Positions 38,001 through 54,407 are shown, numbered from the whole stretch's first letter. The stretch is 63,420 bases of DNA, filler included, from Pelomyxa schiedti (GCA_020536535.1; 9 parts of 9 records of this genome joined end to end with filler, not necessarily neighbours in it), one strand, 5' to 3'. Program-made: numbers and translations. The notes: a model not told the origin generated them from the sequence alone.

Positions 38001-38254
38001 TTGTGTCAAGTGACACAATTGTGTTCCCTCTTTTACACACTTCCAACAAATCCCTCTGATAGCCCCTATTTCAAAAAGTAAAGTAATTTAACGACTACTC
38101 CCTCCAATTTTTAGGATGTGTTGGTTACCCCCGGCCCGACCCTCCCATAGTTTAGTTTTTCCACTCACCTCATTACAGCCACACCCTCTCCATCGTCGTC
38201 GACACCGCCCCCCTGTGTTCTTGTGGTTGTTGTCGTTGACGACGTGCCTGACAT
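35020..38254 (-). CDS. Dicer/RIG-I-like SF2 RNA helicase followed by three dsRBD-fold domains (no RNase III/PAZ)
   Basis: Motifs in order: [31 protein letters not shown] (Q/I), [15 protein letters not shown] (Ia), [14 protein letters not shown] (II), ILGLTASL (III), [49 protein letters not shown] (V/VI). Then [47 protein letters not shown] and [17 protein letters not shown], with the stop at 35020. Confidence 0.88.
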
Positions 38255-38713
38255 TTATCCCACAACAAGTGTTTTCGTTTTTTCGAGTTTTGTCAAAGCT
38301 CCAGAAGGAACACCCTTGACGCAGCCAAGTTGGTTCTTTGAACCATGAGGAAAGAGAACAGGGAGTGTTGTTTACATGATCACGTTTTCTTTTATTCTTA
38401 GAGTACGTTGGACTTGCTGCCAGCGGCTGTTGCTATGGCTGTCATTACAATTTCTTCTGTTATCTCGTGGTGCTCGGTGGGATGAAGGTCCACGTGATAC
38501 GGCTGCGTAGTAATTGTTGTTAGCGTTGGGAGGGTCGGGCCGGGGGTAACCAACACATCCTAAAAATTGGAGGGAGTAGTCGTTAAATTACTTTACTTTT
38601 TTTCAAAGGGTGTCTTTTGTGGTGCCACTGAGCCAGCCTTATTGCAATGAGAGTCTTTCCAGTATTTGTGTCAAGTGACACAATTGTGTTCCCTCTTTTA
38701 CACACTTCCAACA

Positions 38714-38813
38714 NNNNNNNNNNNNNNNNNNNNNNNNNNNNNNNNNNNNNNNNNNNNTTAATTAATTAANNNNNNNNNNNNNNNNNNNNNNNNNNNNNNN
38801 NNNNNNNNNNNNN
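38714..38813. other. Artificial contig-joining spacer
   Basis: 44 N + TTAATTAATTAA + 44 N. Confidence 0.97.
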
Positions 38814-40007
38814 CTTCCGACGAAGACACTACTTCTGAAGATGCAGATGCACCGGAATGCGACAGCGACGTTAATAACCCCGACGATGGTGCACCACTGA
38901 CTGTAGATGTATATGCCGAAACTGCATACATCTCTCGCACACTCGCACACACGAACGTAAAAGCACCACGCTTTGACAAATTCGATGTGATTCACTTGTC
39001 GTTTTACTCGAAAACTGAAAATTTCACAGTGTTGACTTCGTGGAAAACATCATTACTCATTTGGCTCATTTTGCATGTAATGTTCACTACCCCACTGTTG
39101 TTCTCTACACCTTAGGTGCCACTAACATAATTCTGAACCGTCGTCAACAAAAGAGAAAATTTTTAAATACAGAGGCCGTTTTGTGTAGTGGTACACTGTC
39201 ACACTATCACTTGAAGCAGTAGACAAAAATTCAAGTGGTAAATATCTGGCTCGTATCACTATTTATAAAGTAATTGGGGGAATATAAACCTGCTGGAGTG
39301 TGAGGGCCGAGAAGGGGCTTCTTTTGGGGGGATTTCTGCTAGATATACCGAGTACTTCCTCCATTCCACCCTGGAAGGTGTAGCCTATTGTATATTTGTT
39401 CGGTGTTTAGCTGTTACGGGAAGTACCTATGAATGCAATGTCATGTGAAGGTGGTGCGGATTCATGAGGGGGCTCCTTTAGGTTGATTGGATCATCCATG
39501 CCGTGATCAGGGTTTGTGAAGTGGCTTTTTGTCGTGGTATTAATGTAGTGAAAGTATTACTAAAATAATATTTACCTGGTATCCTCTACACCTTTCAAGG
39601 CCGGAACAATTGGAGGATGGTGGGCTTCGCGGAAGTTGTCCCAGTCTATTCCCTTGTGGAATGGGTTGTCATTCTGAAAGTAATTAGAAGAACCTACCTC
39701 AAAGAATCTGTGTCTCTTAATTTCATCGATTCCGCCCCGCACACCGAGCCGCACTTTTTGGTCGCAAACGAGCCTTTATGGATTTGAATTGAGGAAAAAT
39801 GTGAATAGCGCACGTACTTTCTGATAAGATCAGCAGCTGCTTCTGATACAACAGGTGTGTCAGGGAACTGCAGACTTTCTGCAACATTCAGAATCTTGTA
39901 ACAGGTTTCTTCTGAGGAATCTGAAGCCTGATGTGGTAAGAGGAATTTCGACTGAAGAGTGTTATACAAATGGAGGGTATCCAACAAGCATTTCAAACAA
40001 TATACAA
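38814..40007. repeat. Near-identical second copy of ~40398-41657 (3' end of the NDR kinase gene plus the downstream gene start)
   Basis: Collinear duplicate with scattered SNPs and one ~75-bp indel (39050-39075 vs 40625-40730), separated from the other copy by the 100-N gap at 40008-40107. Confidence 0.9.
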
Positions 40008-40107
40008 NNNNNNNNNNNNNNNNNNNNNNNNNNNNNNNNNNNNNNNNNNNNNNNNNNNNNNNNNNNNNNNNNNNNNNNNNNNNNNNNNNNNNNNNNNNNN
40101 NNNNNNN

Positions 40108-40512
40108 AATATTTGATTGACCTATCCAAAGCTTCGTTATCAATGAAGGTGAAGGGATGAAACAAGTACCTTTTTCTCGGTCCAATGTAACTCTTGGAAG
40201 ATGCTTGTATATACCTTCCAATTAAAAGCGGAATCACACAGCACCTCAGAATAGTCAAGCCACTGCGACTTTGGTAAGGAAATTACAACAACACAACAGA
40301 TTGGCAGCCTACAAGAACGTCAGGCACTGCGTGAGCAAGAAATCGGCCGCGTTTTCGTCGCCACACCATACCCCGAGAAATTCTGCACCAAGTCCTTCCG
40401 ACGAAGACACTACTTCTGAAGATGCAGATGCACCGGAATGCGACAGCGACGTTAATAACCCCGACGATGGTGCACCACTGACTGTAGATGTATATGCCGA
40501 AACTGCATACAT
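40108..40512 (-). CDS. Hypothetical gene, 5' part only (cut by gap)
   Basis: ATG at 40512 (MYAVSAY..), plausible splice sites, and a downstream exon SQWLDYSEVLCDSAFNWK. No family was recognised. Confidence 0.3.
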
Positions 40513-40779
40513 CTCGCACACTCGCACACACGAACGAAAAAAGCACCGCGCTTTGACAAATTCGATTCACTTGTCGTTTTACTCGAAAACTGAAAATTTC
40601 ACAGTGTTGACTTCGTGGAAAACATCATTTGGCACAATAAAATAATCAACAGACCGGAACGCTGTCATTTTCCTTATCGTCGCTAAGGATCGGCGGTCTG
40701 GTGTTTTTTTTATTTCGCCATTTGGCATGTAATGTTCACTACCCCACTGTTGTTCTCTACAGCTTAGGTGCCACTAACA

Positions 40780-45228
<4,449 letters not shown>

Positions 45229-45411
45229 GAGTTTTGTTGGTGTTGTGATATCGCAGCACAGCAACACCACCCTTGTGTTGTTTGGTTGTTCCGGAAAAAA
45301 GGACTTCACGAAAGCGAAGCCGAAGGAACGATCGAAGCGATGATCACCTTCGCCGAATGGTTTTGAAAGAAACAAAACAGCAGGCTTTTTTTGGGTGTTC
45401 TGCGTGTTTAT

Positions 45412-46091
45412 TTATAAGGTTCCTTGGGATATAGCACTCAAAGAGTCATCAGAGTAGGTTCTTAGAAGGAAGGGTTTCCCTCAATAAAGGCCTTGACACT
45501 TGCAGGATCAATGGGGTCTCTCTCAAATTTGCTTACTCTCTCAAGGAGGTCATCAAACAGCATGCCCTCCATTGTGCCGGCATGATGGTGGAATCCATGC
45601 TCAGCATGGCCTGATTTAAAGGTTAAAAGCCTAGGAATGTGGTAAATATTTATTTATTTACCTGCGCATTTGAGCCGGAGTGAAGAAAGCACCATGGGGC
45701 TCATAAATTTGACTGCCACAGTCTCCTTAGTGCTTGCACGCTTGAATCCCTCTGGAATCCAAGAAAGCCAGCAGTGCTTCAACCGTTTGCCTCCATTTGT
45801 AGTAACTATCAACTCGGTTAAATACAGTACAATAAATATGAAAGGCATACCATAGCGAATGTTGATTATAGCCCAAGCAACATCAGTTGATGACAGAGAG
45901 TGAATGAAGTCCTCCCATGTGGTTGTTGCAGGTAGGACTTTGGCAACAGTGACCTGGTGCCCATCAGTATGAAAGATGGCTGCCAGTGTGTCGGGAGTCT
46001 TGAAAGCACCCACACATTCTTCGCTAATTGTTGGCTTTTTTTTTGTCGTGAGTAATCTATTGTTTATTAAGAGCGAACTTACCACTTGCAT
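45412..46091 (-). CDS. ADF-H domain (cofilin/GMF/coactosin-like) protein
   Basis: MQV|PTISEECVGAFK..TWEDFIHSL..DVAWAIINIRY..KHCWLSWIPE..VAVKFM..LFDDLLERVSK fits the ADF-H pattern; 3 introns. Confidence 0.7.
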
Positions 46092-46440
46092 TCTTGTATA
46101 TGTTGTTTTTTTTCTTGTGTTTGCTGTTGTTCTTGTTTGCTTTTTTATTTGTTTTATAATATATTAAACTCGTGGGACTTACAGCCTATATAAACGCAAC
46201 ACAGGCGGAAAAAACGAAGCCCCAAATAGTGCGATTACTACCCAAAACCAGCTCCATCGACTTTTTTTTTTTGACGCTTAGCAGAAATCGATCACAACCC
46301 AACATTAGACACCGAAATCTAAGCCCAATTACAGCCACACCAATTTGGAATTAGTGCCAAAGGGGACGCAACAACCACGATACGGAGTGTTTGGGAAATG
46401 ATTGAATGATAACACTCATTTGTTGATTATCGTTGGTTCT

Positions 46441-47352
46441 TTAGGGTGTGTTTGGAGGTGGATGGGCTCTTAGGTGCTGCTCAAGCAATGCGAGAGCTTT
46501 GTACCTGATGTGTTGTAAGAATAATTAACCAGAGGAGATTTTAGGGAATGAACCTGTGTGATATGGTGTTTTTCACCTCCTTGGGCATCTCTGCGTAAGT
46601 CTGGGTGTATCCAGTGGGCTCAAACACAGGGTCCCAGCCAAATTCCGGTGGTCCGCGGGGTGAAACAATGGAGCCCTCTGTCCTGCCAACAAAGAGAAGT
46701 GGCTCTGATCCTGGGCCAGCACTGTAACCGAATGTACACAGTGCAAACGCAGATTTATCGGTGTATCTGGGTATTCAATGAGAAGAGAATAACGCTATTT
46801 ATTGGATGATTCAGTATTAAAAACATAATATTAATATTAGAGAATAGATTATTAGCGAATAATCATTCTATTTCTTAAAATTGTGTAACATGGGTCTTTT
46901 TGTGCATAATATAGAAGACGGCGCCAATTGACATACCCCGCTAACATCTTATACAATCCAGCACAGCCGATTTTGACCAAGAACCACTTGATGTAAGGAC
47001 CAGGCAGCCCAGCGAGAGCATTGAAGCCAAGGCACACGTCCTCAATGATCACTGGACCCTTCACACTCTGAACCGCCACCGCCAATTTCTCCCGAACAAT
47101 CTCATCGGGTTCGCCCTTGTCCGCGGGTCAGTTTTCCATATATAATACCAAACCGTAAAGGAGTTAAGAGCAAACAAACTTGAAGTTCAGGGAGGTCAAT
47201 CGGGTGCGCCACCAAGTCGACGTACGGTCCCAAAATCGCCTGAACTTCTTCAAGCTTGTCAAGTGTTAGTGTCGAAACACCCAATTGATGGGGTTGGTTG
47301 CCTTTTTCTTGTTGCCGGTCACAAACGACACCTTTGGCTTGACGCTGCTCAT
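46441..47352 (-). CDS. ITPA: Inosine triphosphate pyrophosphatase (HAM1 family)
   Basis: FVTGNKKK|[60 protein letters not shown]. Confidence 0.95.
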
Positions 47353-47570
47353 TTCTTCAGGGTTGGTTTTTAATATTTTGAAACGGCGAAATCTCTGCTC
47401 AATGACTGGACCGGTTCTTCGTTCGATTCAACTAACAGGCGAACAGCCACATCCACTCTCAAGGAAATCTGTTTCTTGACACTCCACACCGCCCATCAAG
47501 TCAACGAAAGGAAGGAAAGCAAAAAAACCAGAAAAACGATATTAGCAACAGCGGCCGCACCCCCACCACC

Positions 47571-47696
47571 ATGATGGACGACGCGGCCACGGCCACACCT
47601 CGCCATTCTGCACCCGCCGTAGCGTCTCCAGCATCTGTCTCCGTCCCCGTCCATTCTACCCCGACGCCCCCCTCCTCCCCCCCCCCCCCCCCCCCG

Positions 47697-47736
<40 letters not shown>
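47571..47736 (+). CDS. Start of a hypothetical Pro-rich protein (cut by contig end)
   Basis: ATG ATG GAC..., divergent from ITPA, running into a poly-C tract. Confidence 0.35.
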
Positions 47737-47836
47737 NNNNNNNNNNNNNNNNNNNNNNNNNNNNNNNNNNNNNNNNNNNNTTAATTAATTAANNNNNNNN
47801 NNNNNNNNNNNNNNNNNNNNNNNNNNNNNNNNNNNN
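47737..47836. other. Artificial contig-joining spacer
   Basis: 44 N + TTAATTAATTAA + 44 N. Confidence 0.97.
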
Positions 47837-49452
47837 CACCTTGAGGAAATAGCTTCCACCAGCGAATCCGTGGCCATTGTGCACCCGAGTGTCAGTGAGA
47901 CCAAGGTACTGGACCAGCCGTTAAGCAGTTCAATAACAGTACCCTCAGTAACACCGGGGCCGAAATTGGCCTTGAAGGATTCCACCAACGGCCACAGTCG
48001 GCCCATGTCCCGCACCGATTCGTCGGCCAACCGACACGAGGACTCCCACACATCCACAGACAACACACCACAGCACACCGACACCACCGCACCACTTATG
48101 GGACCAATGGTCAAACAATTGCCGTCAGGGGCCGTACTTGTGGTCATGGCGTTAACTCGAAAGTGAATTTCGTTGGATGATGGCTTGGAAATCAAAAATG
48201 GTAACTGAATGGGCTGTTGGTCCCGCATTGCTTGTTGCTGGATGAGTCTCTGCTGTTCGGCTTGTTGTTGCCTTTGATTCAGCAGCATCAAATGCATTTG
48301 TCTTTGCTGATCGGCCTGTTGCATTTGTCTTTGCTGATCATTATATAGTTGCATTTGTCGTTGTTGTTGTTCCGTTTCCTCTTGCGCGATTCGCTGTTCT
48401 TCCTCCACCAATTTTTGTTGTATTGGTCTCGCTCTGCTGTTGTCCATACTTGAAAGAGAAGGGCTGATGTAAGCTCTTCTTGCTTAAGGTGAATTTGCTT
48501 GTCTCCAACATTCCACAAAGGAAACAGTTGGAAATTCTTCTGGAAAGGGTATCAGACGGGTTAGTTGGGAAGAAGCGGAACTAGTTACATCGGCAAGCTT
48601 CCAATTTCGCATAATGGGATTTTGGGTCAAGGAAATGAGTGACCTGGCCTGCTCAATTCCAATGTGCTCTCCGGTTGGTGCACTTTGGCTTGCAATGAAA
48701 CTCTTCCCTTCAAATTCCGTGAGTTGGTTGATGGCAGAACGAGTGCATTTCAAGTGGAAAAGACATTCATCATGCTGGATAGCAGTTTGTCCTTCTTTCT
48801 CTGGAGTTCCATCATCAGTCTCTCAAACGTTGTTTTAATTTCGGTTGCAATAACCTGCTGCCTCTGTTGTTGCGTGTGAGAGTTGTGGCCCAACAGGGGA
48901 TCACATACTGTTGTGAGAATGTCGATCGAGTCCTCAACACAAGAAGCAGAATGCTCCAACGATTCCCTTTCTCTTTGAATCGCCTTCAGCAGGGAGGACA
49001 CTTCGGCCCCCGCAACGCGGTGTTGTGAGGTAATTAAAGTCAAGTTGTGCCTTTGGTGAGACTCCAATACACACCTCGCGCATACAAGCTTCTTGTCATT
49101 CACGCAGTACATCGCAAGTGGCATCCCCCCATGCAAAGAGCACACCGATCCTGCTTGCATGTGAGTTAATGCACCCAAAGAAAAAAAAACGGCACCTGCC
49201 CCACCGTGTCCCTCCTGCTGCTTCCTGTTCAAATCGTGATCATACAGCACATCCCCGATGTCGACGGCGGTCTTGCGGCTACACACGCCACACTCCACGT
49301 CGACAGAGGAGTCGTCGCCATGCAACGCCGAGGAGGAGGAGGAGGAGGAGCCGCGCAGCAGGAACGTCCTGGTGCACAGTGACACCATACAACCCCTGCA
49401 CACTCTGTGTCCGCACTCCTGCGACACGCGTGTGGGTGTTAACCACAGCCAC

Positions 49453-49453
<1 letters not shown>
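47837..49453 (-). CDS. RING - B-box - coiled-coil (TRIM-like) protein, partial at both ends, one apparent frameshift
   Basis: RING half CGHRVCRGC...VECGVC, B-box CSLHGGMPLAMYCVNDKKLVCARCVLESHQRH, then a coiled coil and a Q-rich linker. TCCACTTGAAA (~48750) needs +1 nt to continue into LKCTRSAINQL. Confidence 0.75.

Positions 49454-49514
<61 letters not shown>
49454..49514. repeat. (CA)n microsatellite at contig end
   Basis: About 30 uninterrupted CA units. Confidence 0.95.
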
Positions 49515-49614
49515 NNNNNNNNNNNNNNNNNNNNNNNNNNNNNNNNNNNNNNNNNNNNTTAATTAATTAANNNNNNNNNNNNNNNNNNNNNNNNNNNNNN
49601 NNNNNNNNNNNNNN
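49515..49614. other. Artificial contig-joining spacer
   Basis: 44 N + TTAATTAATTAA + 44 N. Confidence 0.97.
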
Positions 49615-49796
49615 CATGCACCTTGTTGCGAGGGGAACCACGTGTCCCACAATTGCAATGCAGCGACTGGGACGGACATGAGGCAGTGTGCGGGGCTGCG
49701 GGCTCCGCAACGCGGGTGGCCCCCTGTTGCAAGGGCAAGGAATTGCTCGCGAGAGTACACAGCACAAACGGAAATTGTGCGCTCAACGGTGGCCAT
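49615..49796 (-). CDS. Orphan-family member, N-terminus only
   Basis: MATVERTISVCAVYSREQFLALATGGHPRCGARSPAHCL carries the shared motif; cut by the spacer. Confidence 0.7.
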
Positions 49797-49902
49797 CAGA
49801 ACAGGAGGATCGAGGATCTGTTAATTGAAAAGAATTGTACCGAACAACAGTCAGTTTAAGAAATACTGGAGTTCGGGTCTGTTGATTATTTTTCCACCTT
49901 TG

Positions 49903-51042
49903 ATGGACCAGGAAGCTGGCTACGAGGCGACGCCACTAATTAATTCCTCTTTAAAAAAACTGACCATTCGTTGGAAGGTGGCTCAGCGTCCGTCGCACTG
50001 GATTACACAAGTATTCGGAAATACGCAGCCGCACATGTGTTTCAGATATTTCAAGAGATTAGAGATGAATACCAAAGTTCATGAAGTTGATGCGCTTTCT
50101 GAACTGTCTCACCCCGATGTCGCTGACAGCAACAAGTATACTATTAGTGCATATTTTCAGTTAGTTTATATCGATGGACTGGCTCTTACAAATGAACCCC
50201 ACAGGAGAAAATACTCTAAGTCACAAGAATTGGAAGATCTTCACCTTGAAAAGAGTTTTTCCCCAAGTGAGAATGGAGTCCTGGTTTATTCACATCCATG
50301 CATCAATCTGCATAGAGGGTGTTGAGAAGTTATACGTCCCCATGAAACCAATTGAAAGCTGCTGTTATGGAAGCTGAATTTGCTATGGAAGAAATAATAC
50401 CGTAATGGTACTTTCCTAGTGAACACTGTTGCAGCTCCAAAAACTGCACAGGCTTTTTCCCCAAAATTTTGAAGGCAGCTTTGATTGTTAAAGTTATTGC
50501 GCGAGTGACACATCTCTGAAAACCGCAATGAGACCCACACTTTATGGTGGATTGCAGAGTTATTTTTCAGGGATGACCTGAAGAGCTACACATCCAATCT
50601 TTCACGTTACAGAATATGACCTCAGGAGTATTATCTATCCTCTAGCTAGTTTCCATATCAAGTCCTATTATAGCATTTCCCCAGTATTTGGCACATGACA
50701 ATGGTAGCTCTTTAACTTGTAGCAATAGACAATAATGGGGTCTTGTTGTATCCGGTTGTCTTTCTTTATGTTCCTACAGCTACTTCTCGTCATTCAGCTG
50801 ACTTACTCCTTGGGCCACCCCACAGTTTACATATACTTCTTGGAAGACTTGCATTACTTTGCTGTGTGTCTTTCACTTCCTTACGAATGCTTATGGTTGT
50901 TTCTTACAAATACCATTTAACTACAAATAATGACGCCAAACCCTCACCGAGTCTGCGGGAGAAGGGAACTCAAGTTCTCACTGATAGTTACAGAAATTGC
51001 GAAAAAACATTTAAGGTGCTCCAGGGCCTACACTCGAGTTGA
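49903..51042 (+). other. Coding-like, possibly decayed gene of unknown family
   Basis: ORF pieces 49825-50325 and 50743-51042 have plausible splice sites and a hydrophobic end, with stops in between. The weak resemblance to CorA-type transporters lacks the GMN motif. Confidence 0.25.
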
Positions 51043-52799
51043 GAGACCATTAGGCAAAAACCTATGGTTAAATGACTTCGATGGGTAGAAGACCCAACTT
51101 GACTCTACCTTGTAACGCACTGTCTTTTATCAAAAATTCCAGTTTAAACTTTCGAAAGTAAAATGAGAGGCTGCTGGAAAATACCTCCACCATGAAGGAA
51201 AATTACTATCTATTACACAATTGACGTGCCAGGACTACATTTTTTCTTTTGTTAGATCATCCACTTTTCTTCTTCCCAGCTCCTATCTGCACGAGCACCA
51301 AGTACTATCTTCACTGTGGTTCTTAACAGGTAATTTGCCCTATTTTTCCTTTCATGGTCACGGACCTGGTTATAGAACCATTTGTCTATGAACTTGGATA
51401 TCTGGCTTAGTGCATTTGAGGCTCAGATCTTGGCCGCATTGTGATGTTATTGAATCAGCCAAGCTTTCTGGGGGTGGCTATTGGATGATTGCAGAATATC
51501 ACAACCTGTTCTTGCAAACTTAGAACTCACTGGTTATTTTCAGCATTAATAGTGGTAATAGAGTGAAGAAACTGCATACCAGGTGGGAAAATAGGATTTC
51601 GTTACAGTACATATGAGCCCAATTGCTCAAATCTGGGACATACCAAGGCTATACTCTCCACCACCCTGTTTTCGAATGTGAACCAAAACAGGGAATTAGT
51701 GTCCCAGTTGAATGGTCCACGTACGGGGGGGAGCCGAAACAGTGGATTGTAGCACCGAACGATGCAACCCAGAAGGAACACGAATTTTTTGGTTTGGAGC
51801 CCGAAAAAAATCAGGGGCCCAATAGGGCTACAAGGCAACAAAAGCTCGTATGTTTTTGGCTGTTGCTCTCCAGGCAAGAGAGTTTACGTGAAAAGGAAAG
51901 CTTGGTGGGGGGGGGGGTGAGAAAAAATTTCTTTCCTCCTTTTTTCTTCTTTTACTACAAGGTGCATGTGAGCCAGATAAAGGAGTTCCTTGCGGGCAGT
52001 GGGGTGGCCGAGTTGTTGTGGAAACCAGGGTGTATAGCAACCTCGCGTAGTATTGAGAAGAATGGTATCTGCTCCTCAGGACCAGTGTCGATTTCCACTA
52101 AACGTGTACTTGTGGAAAAGGAACCTGTGGGGATTCCACGGAATCGCCGGCCGGTTATTAGTAATAACAATTAAAAACGGAATGGAATGGAGCTTGTATA
52201 CCTGCTGATGGACTTATCCATTTAACAAGGGCATACTGTTCACATATCGCGGAAACTCTAGCAAATGCCAAACGAGTAGCGTGGGTCACGGTCGGCCGGT
52301 AAATGCAAAGGTACACAGACCCTATCTGGATAGTCATTCCTCATGCTGTTATCGAATCTGCGGTATGAGAATGAACAAAGGTTCCATTTTGTATGAATTC
52401 ATTGACAGTCTCGCTATCTTGCATCAAGTCCCTTTAAAGGTGGGGTGGGGGGAGAAGAAAAGGTTAAAACGCCAACAGGAGAAGTAAAGGAGGATAGATT
52501 ATGCGCCCACATAATCCTAACACAGGATCTCTTGGAGCAGTTATTTAACACGAGCCGGATATCTTTACCAATGTAGTGTCTTCCAATAGCGCCAACTGGC
52601 CGCTGCAGGGGCTCTCCACATTGCGTGTAAAAGGCTTTGGCAAAGTTAAGGTAATCACAAAGTCGAGAGCTAGTATAGTTACCCTCCACCCAGGAAACAA
52701 AGTGCAGTGGGGCACGTGGAACAGTTCGCATACAATTCAGCAGGTACTTTACCACTCAGTGCTCTGTTTTGCGGTTGAGAGTTCAGAACGAGTGAGCAC

Positions 52800-53009
52800 T
52801 AGGGCATTCGGGCATTATTACCGAAATTTTAGCAGAGTGTCGTCAACATGCTGTTAAATTGTTACTAGTCACCCTAATGTTGTAGATGCCTGCCCGATCG
52901 AATTGAGGGAGATCGCTTATGTACGTGCTTATGCCTCATCAGTCCGCAAAAAGCCAAACAAACCTCAGTATGTCTGCTAAAATTTCGGTAATAATGCCCG
53001 AATGCCCTT
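52800..53009. mobile_element. 210-bp hAT-type MITE
   Basis: 37-bp TIRs (52800-52836 TAGGGCATTCGGGCATTATTACCGAAATTTTAGCAGA and its reverse complement at 52973-53009; only the terminal base differs). The 8-bp flanks GTGAGCAC and GTGCGGAC match at 6/8. TAGGG termini and an 8-bp TSD are hAT hallmarks. Confidence 0.8.
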
Positions 53010-54307
53010 GTGCGGACTCATTAATCTAAAATCAAGGATTTCAAGATTATTACCACTCACAGTACAAAAAAAAAAACTCCTCCGCTACCCACCAAACTCC
53101 AGTAGTTATGTCGACCAAGGACATCCCCCAAATGTCTCGTCATTTTAGAATAATATGACGTCTTTGCTCCGCAGGCCGCGGTACTCCGGTATCAGTTTCC
53201 TCTTTTTTTTTGTTTTATCCCTTTACCCGTGGCAAATTACATTGACACATTGCCCGGGGTGCTAATTTTTTCCCCTTTGACACATGAACAAAAAGAAATT
53301 GGTGACGTGGCTGACATGGCAAGATCTTCGCATTTACTAATTTCATTATTAATAAAAAAAAAAAGCAAGTCTGGAGCCACTATGTGTACTAGCTATACCG
53401 GAGAATTTTGACATAATGATAATGACCCTAACCCTTTTGAATACATACAGGCTACCTTCATCGTACAGATAAACCACAATAATAACGGTTAGAGTACAGG
53501 CTACAGAAAACACAGCCTGCAGTGCTTTCAAAAAGTGGACCAAAGACAAGATCAAAGTAATGTTCCTTTTATCTTTGGCTTCATCTGATGATCGGCCTTA
53601 AGCCCGAGCAATTTCCGATGGTGCACTGTTCAAACTCGTTGAGAAGCACCTGCAACAAGATGAGGTTTCCTACATTACAAGTTCCTCAGCGTGCCATGTA
53701 TGTGTGCACTCCACCTCTTTTTTATTTAGGGTTCACACACCCCCCACCCCACATCCATCCCGCCATTTGACACTAAATTTTAAAGTGTCTATCATGCCGC
53801 CAGGATGCCATGGTGCGAGTATTAAGGAACAGGATATCAAGATGGAATGAATACCGCAGACGAACACACAGATCCGCCCAAGGTGTGTGAACCCCTTTTG
53901 TAATTTCCGGGTGCACTAACCATGGAGTCTTCAGAGACCTCGGGTCAGCACCCTGCCGTTTCACCCTCACCCGCTTTACCAAGGAACCAGTCGACACACA
54001 CCACAAGTAACAACTACACATTACAGCAGGGCTTAAGGTTGTCGACTACGCAACCAATGGCTCAGCACCCTCATCTGCACTCTCACTCGCACCCAACGCC
54101 AGGACCAAAATCGGAAACGGGAGTTCAGATATGTTGTATGCCAGTTGACTTTGGAATTATTTTCATTCATTTGACACACGAAGTGCAGGGAAGTTGCTCT
54201 CAGCCATGTGCCACGACTCTGTGGTTGTTAGTGTGATTTCTTGTTTTGACTGCACATGGATCCAGGTTTCTGATGGGAACAACCGAATCCCTATCGCAAC
54301 CAAATCC

Positions 54308-54407
54308 NNNNNNNNNNNNNNNNNNNNNNNNNNNNNNNNNNNNNNNNNNNNTTAATTAATTAANNNNNNNNNNNNNNNNNNNNNNNNNNNNNNNNNNNNN
54401 NNNNNNN
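54308..54407. other. Artificial contig-joining spacer
   Basis: 44 N + TTAATTAATTAA + 44 N. Confidence 0.97.

Noticed and set aside
38073-38713. ~72-bp perfect inverted repeat (38073-38148 vs 38528-38603) resembling MITE TIRs
   Set aside because: The left arm is intron 1 of the helicase gene. The right arm is followed by a direct copy of helicase exon 2 up to the contig end, joined by T-rich microhomology, and there is no TSD. This is typical of an amplification or assembly chimera.
47670-47736. Poly-C tract as a regulatory or G-quadruplex element
   Set aside because: A homopolymer at a contig end, probably sequencing run-off extending a poly-Pro codon stretch.
51200-54307. Scattered coding-like fragments on both strands
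   Set aside because: I could not assemble a consistent spliced ORF or recognise any motif. A frameshift-aware homology search is needed.
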